Shown here piece by piece: positions 62,120-64,000 of a DNA stretch of 64,000 nt. The position numbers were made by a program, and so were the translations under genes. This stretch comes from Squalus acanthias (Eukaryota). The notes under the pieces were generated by a model. It did no database searches, was not told where the DNA came from, and saw only the letters and a list, made by a program, of their open reading frames with translations. The stretch is taken from NCBI GenBank assembly GCA_030390025.1, contig CM059433.1, positions 26,042,001-26,106,000 of the forward strand, written 5' to 3'. Position 1 is the first letter of the stretch. Each line of letters begins with the position of its first letter.

Positions 62120-64000
62120 CGGACGGAATTTTCTCTGCCTGGATGGGTCGGGTGCGGGCGGTCGGCGTAGCAGGTCACGACCCCATTGTTGCTTCCATTC
62201 CGCTGCAGACATCGACTTTGCTGTAATGGGGCCTATTAAGCCCGCCCTGCCCGTTACCCAGCCCTATTAAATGGTGCGGGTCTGATGACATCATCCATGA
62301 TGCGTTTTCCGCCAGGATATTTAAAGGAGCCACGGCCACATTGCATTTGAAGGTTCATCTAGGAGTGTGCAGGCAGCACACTGGGAGGTGTTCATTGCTC
62401 CAAACAGTTGGAGAGATGACTGCACAGAGGCAGAGGGTTGCACCCATGTTCTCCGATGACTCCCTCCATATGCTTATGGAGGGAGTCAGAGCATGCAGAG
62501 AGGTCCTCTTCCCTTCCAATGGGCGGAAGAAACCTCCCGAGGAGACAAAAAGAGCCTGGCTCCAAATTGCAGAGGAGATCACAAGCAGGGATATGTTCAG
62601 GAGGACGTGGGTGCAGTGCCAGAAACATTTCCGTGATTTCATTAGATCAGGAAACGTTAGTACAAAGCCACACTCAACTTTATCCTGCTGTGCCTCTCAT
62701 CACATCCCCATCACTCTGCCTTCCCAACCCTACTCCTGCACATCCTTACTCACACCAACATACCTTGCACCTCCACCCATCCCTCTCTCTCTATCTACAT
62801 TATCACATCCCCATTTTACTAACCACCCCTCACATTCAGCCTCATCCTAATGCAATCATACCAACTAACAACACACAAGGAAGCCACTTGGCATTGCCAC
62901 CCCAATCCATCATAGTCTCCCTCTAAAGATCTAACCTATCCATTCCTTACACTCATTCCATCACTCTCACTCAACCTTCTCTTCTTTCCCTCCTTGCAGG
63001 AGAAGAGAGCCCACAATAAGAGGGAGAGGGAGAGAACTGGAGGTGGGCCTCCATCATTTGCCACCCTCAAAACAGCAGAGGAGGCTGCATTGAAAGTATT
63101 GGGAGTGGCTGAGCAGCTGGAGGTGGGAGACGGAGAGAGGGGGACATCGCAGCAACCCGGTGACAGAATTACATATCATACAACTACATGGCATACAGCA
63201 GTCACTCATATGGATGTCATCAGCCAGTGACTGGTCATTATGTGCATAATTGTATGTGTACCCACTGTTCATATGACATATCTAACTCATCTCTTTACTC
63301 TCCCACAGATCCATCAAGAGCCCCCCCACCACCCCCCACTGTCCAGGAGGAAGAGCAAGATGACTCCTCAGAGGAGCCTCCAGCCTCTGAGGGCACAGTG
63401 TCACCAGACATGAGCGCACCCAGCACCAGTGCTGAGACACACATCTCGGTGGGTCCCACGCGAGATAGAGTAGTGTTGCCACCGGGTCCGCCACAAGTCA
63501 CAGGTGAGCAAGAGCAAATGGTGGAGACAGGGACAGCAGTGGAGACTCCTCGCCGGAGGGCGCAGGATGCTCCCAGCTCTGCTCAGCTGCATGCAGACGC
63601 TGAGCCTCGGGGGCCATCCAGAAAGAGGGCGTTCCTGGAGGTGCAGCAAGAAGTGCAGGGGGCTCTGATGGGTTTTGCAACCATGATGTCTGCAACTGTT
63701 CAGAGAATGGAGGCATCCATCTCCAACATGAGCACCACCATGTCGCAGGCGATGGCGATGGTAGGCTCCTCCATGGATAGGATGGTCACCTGCATGGAGC
63801 AGCTAATGCGCCACTCACAGGAGAACTTGGTCTCTATGGAGATAGATGGCTATTTATGGAGCATAGATGGTAGAGGCTCATAGACCTCCTGTCTAGGAGG
63901 GATGTCAGCGTAGATGTGGGTCCTCATGGCCCCACTGATGTGCAGCAAGGTGCCCTCCAGCTCCTTGCTAGCAGGGAAGTGCGGGTGGCCCATGAGAGGG
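62120..64000 (+). mobile_element. Harbinger transposon, Myb-gene end (runs off the right edge)
   Basis: Terminus ggacggaatttt, promoter-like segment, then a spliced Myb-like gene. Confidence 0.85.
62416..63883 (+). CDS. Harbinger Myb/SANT-like protein, 3 exons (62416-62655, 63000-63159, 63309-63883), C-terminus probably frameshifted
   Basis: MTAQRQRVAPMFSDDSL..WLQIAEEI..RTWVQCQKHFRDF, then EKRAHNKRERERTGGG. GT-AG junctions, phases 0 and 1, frame open across all three exons. Confidence 0.75.

Overview
Eukaryotic, repeat-dominated vertebrate DNA. The repeat complement (HE1/V-SINE with CR1 tail, DeuSINE-like SINEs, CR1 and L2 LINEs, Penelope-like elements) points to a cartilaginous fish, probably a shark (inference). 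One host gene crosses the window on the + strand: seven phase-compatible GT-AG coding exons (16142-56043, 1452 nt, 484 codons) of a GFRAL-like GDNF-family receptor. It encodes four Cys-rich GFR domains, where human GFRAL has three. The first coding exon and the transmembrane exon were not found. The rest is nested transposons: at least seven PIF/Harbinger elements or remnants (three-exon Myb/SANT-like gene convergent with a HARBI1-type DDE transposase), many Harbinger MITEs with 3-bp TSDs (one family carries NRF1/ETS-like motifs and splice donors), a CR1 interrupted by a solo LTR, a near unit-length Penelope-like element plus fragments with minimal hammerhead ribozyme motifs, a Tc1/mariner-type MITE, and a polarised G-rich minisatellite. 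Repeat boundaries without a stated TSD are approximate. Family assignments are by eye, not by database search.
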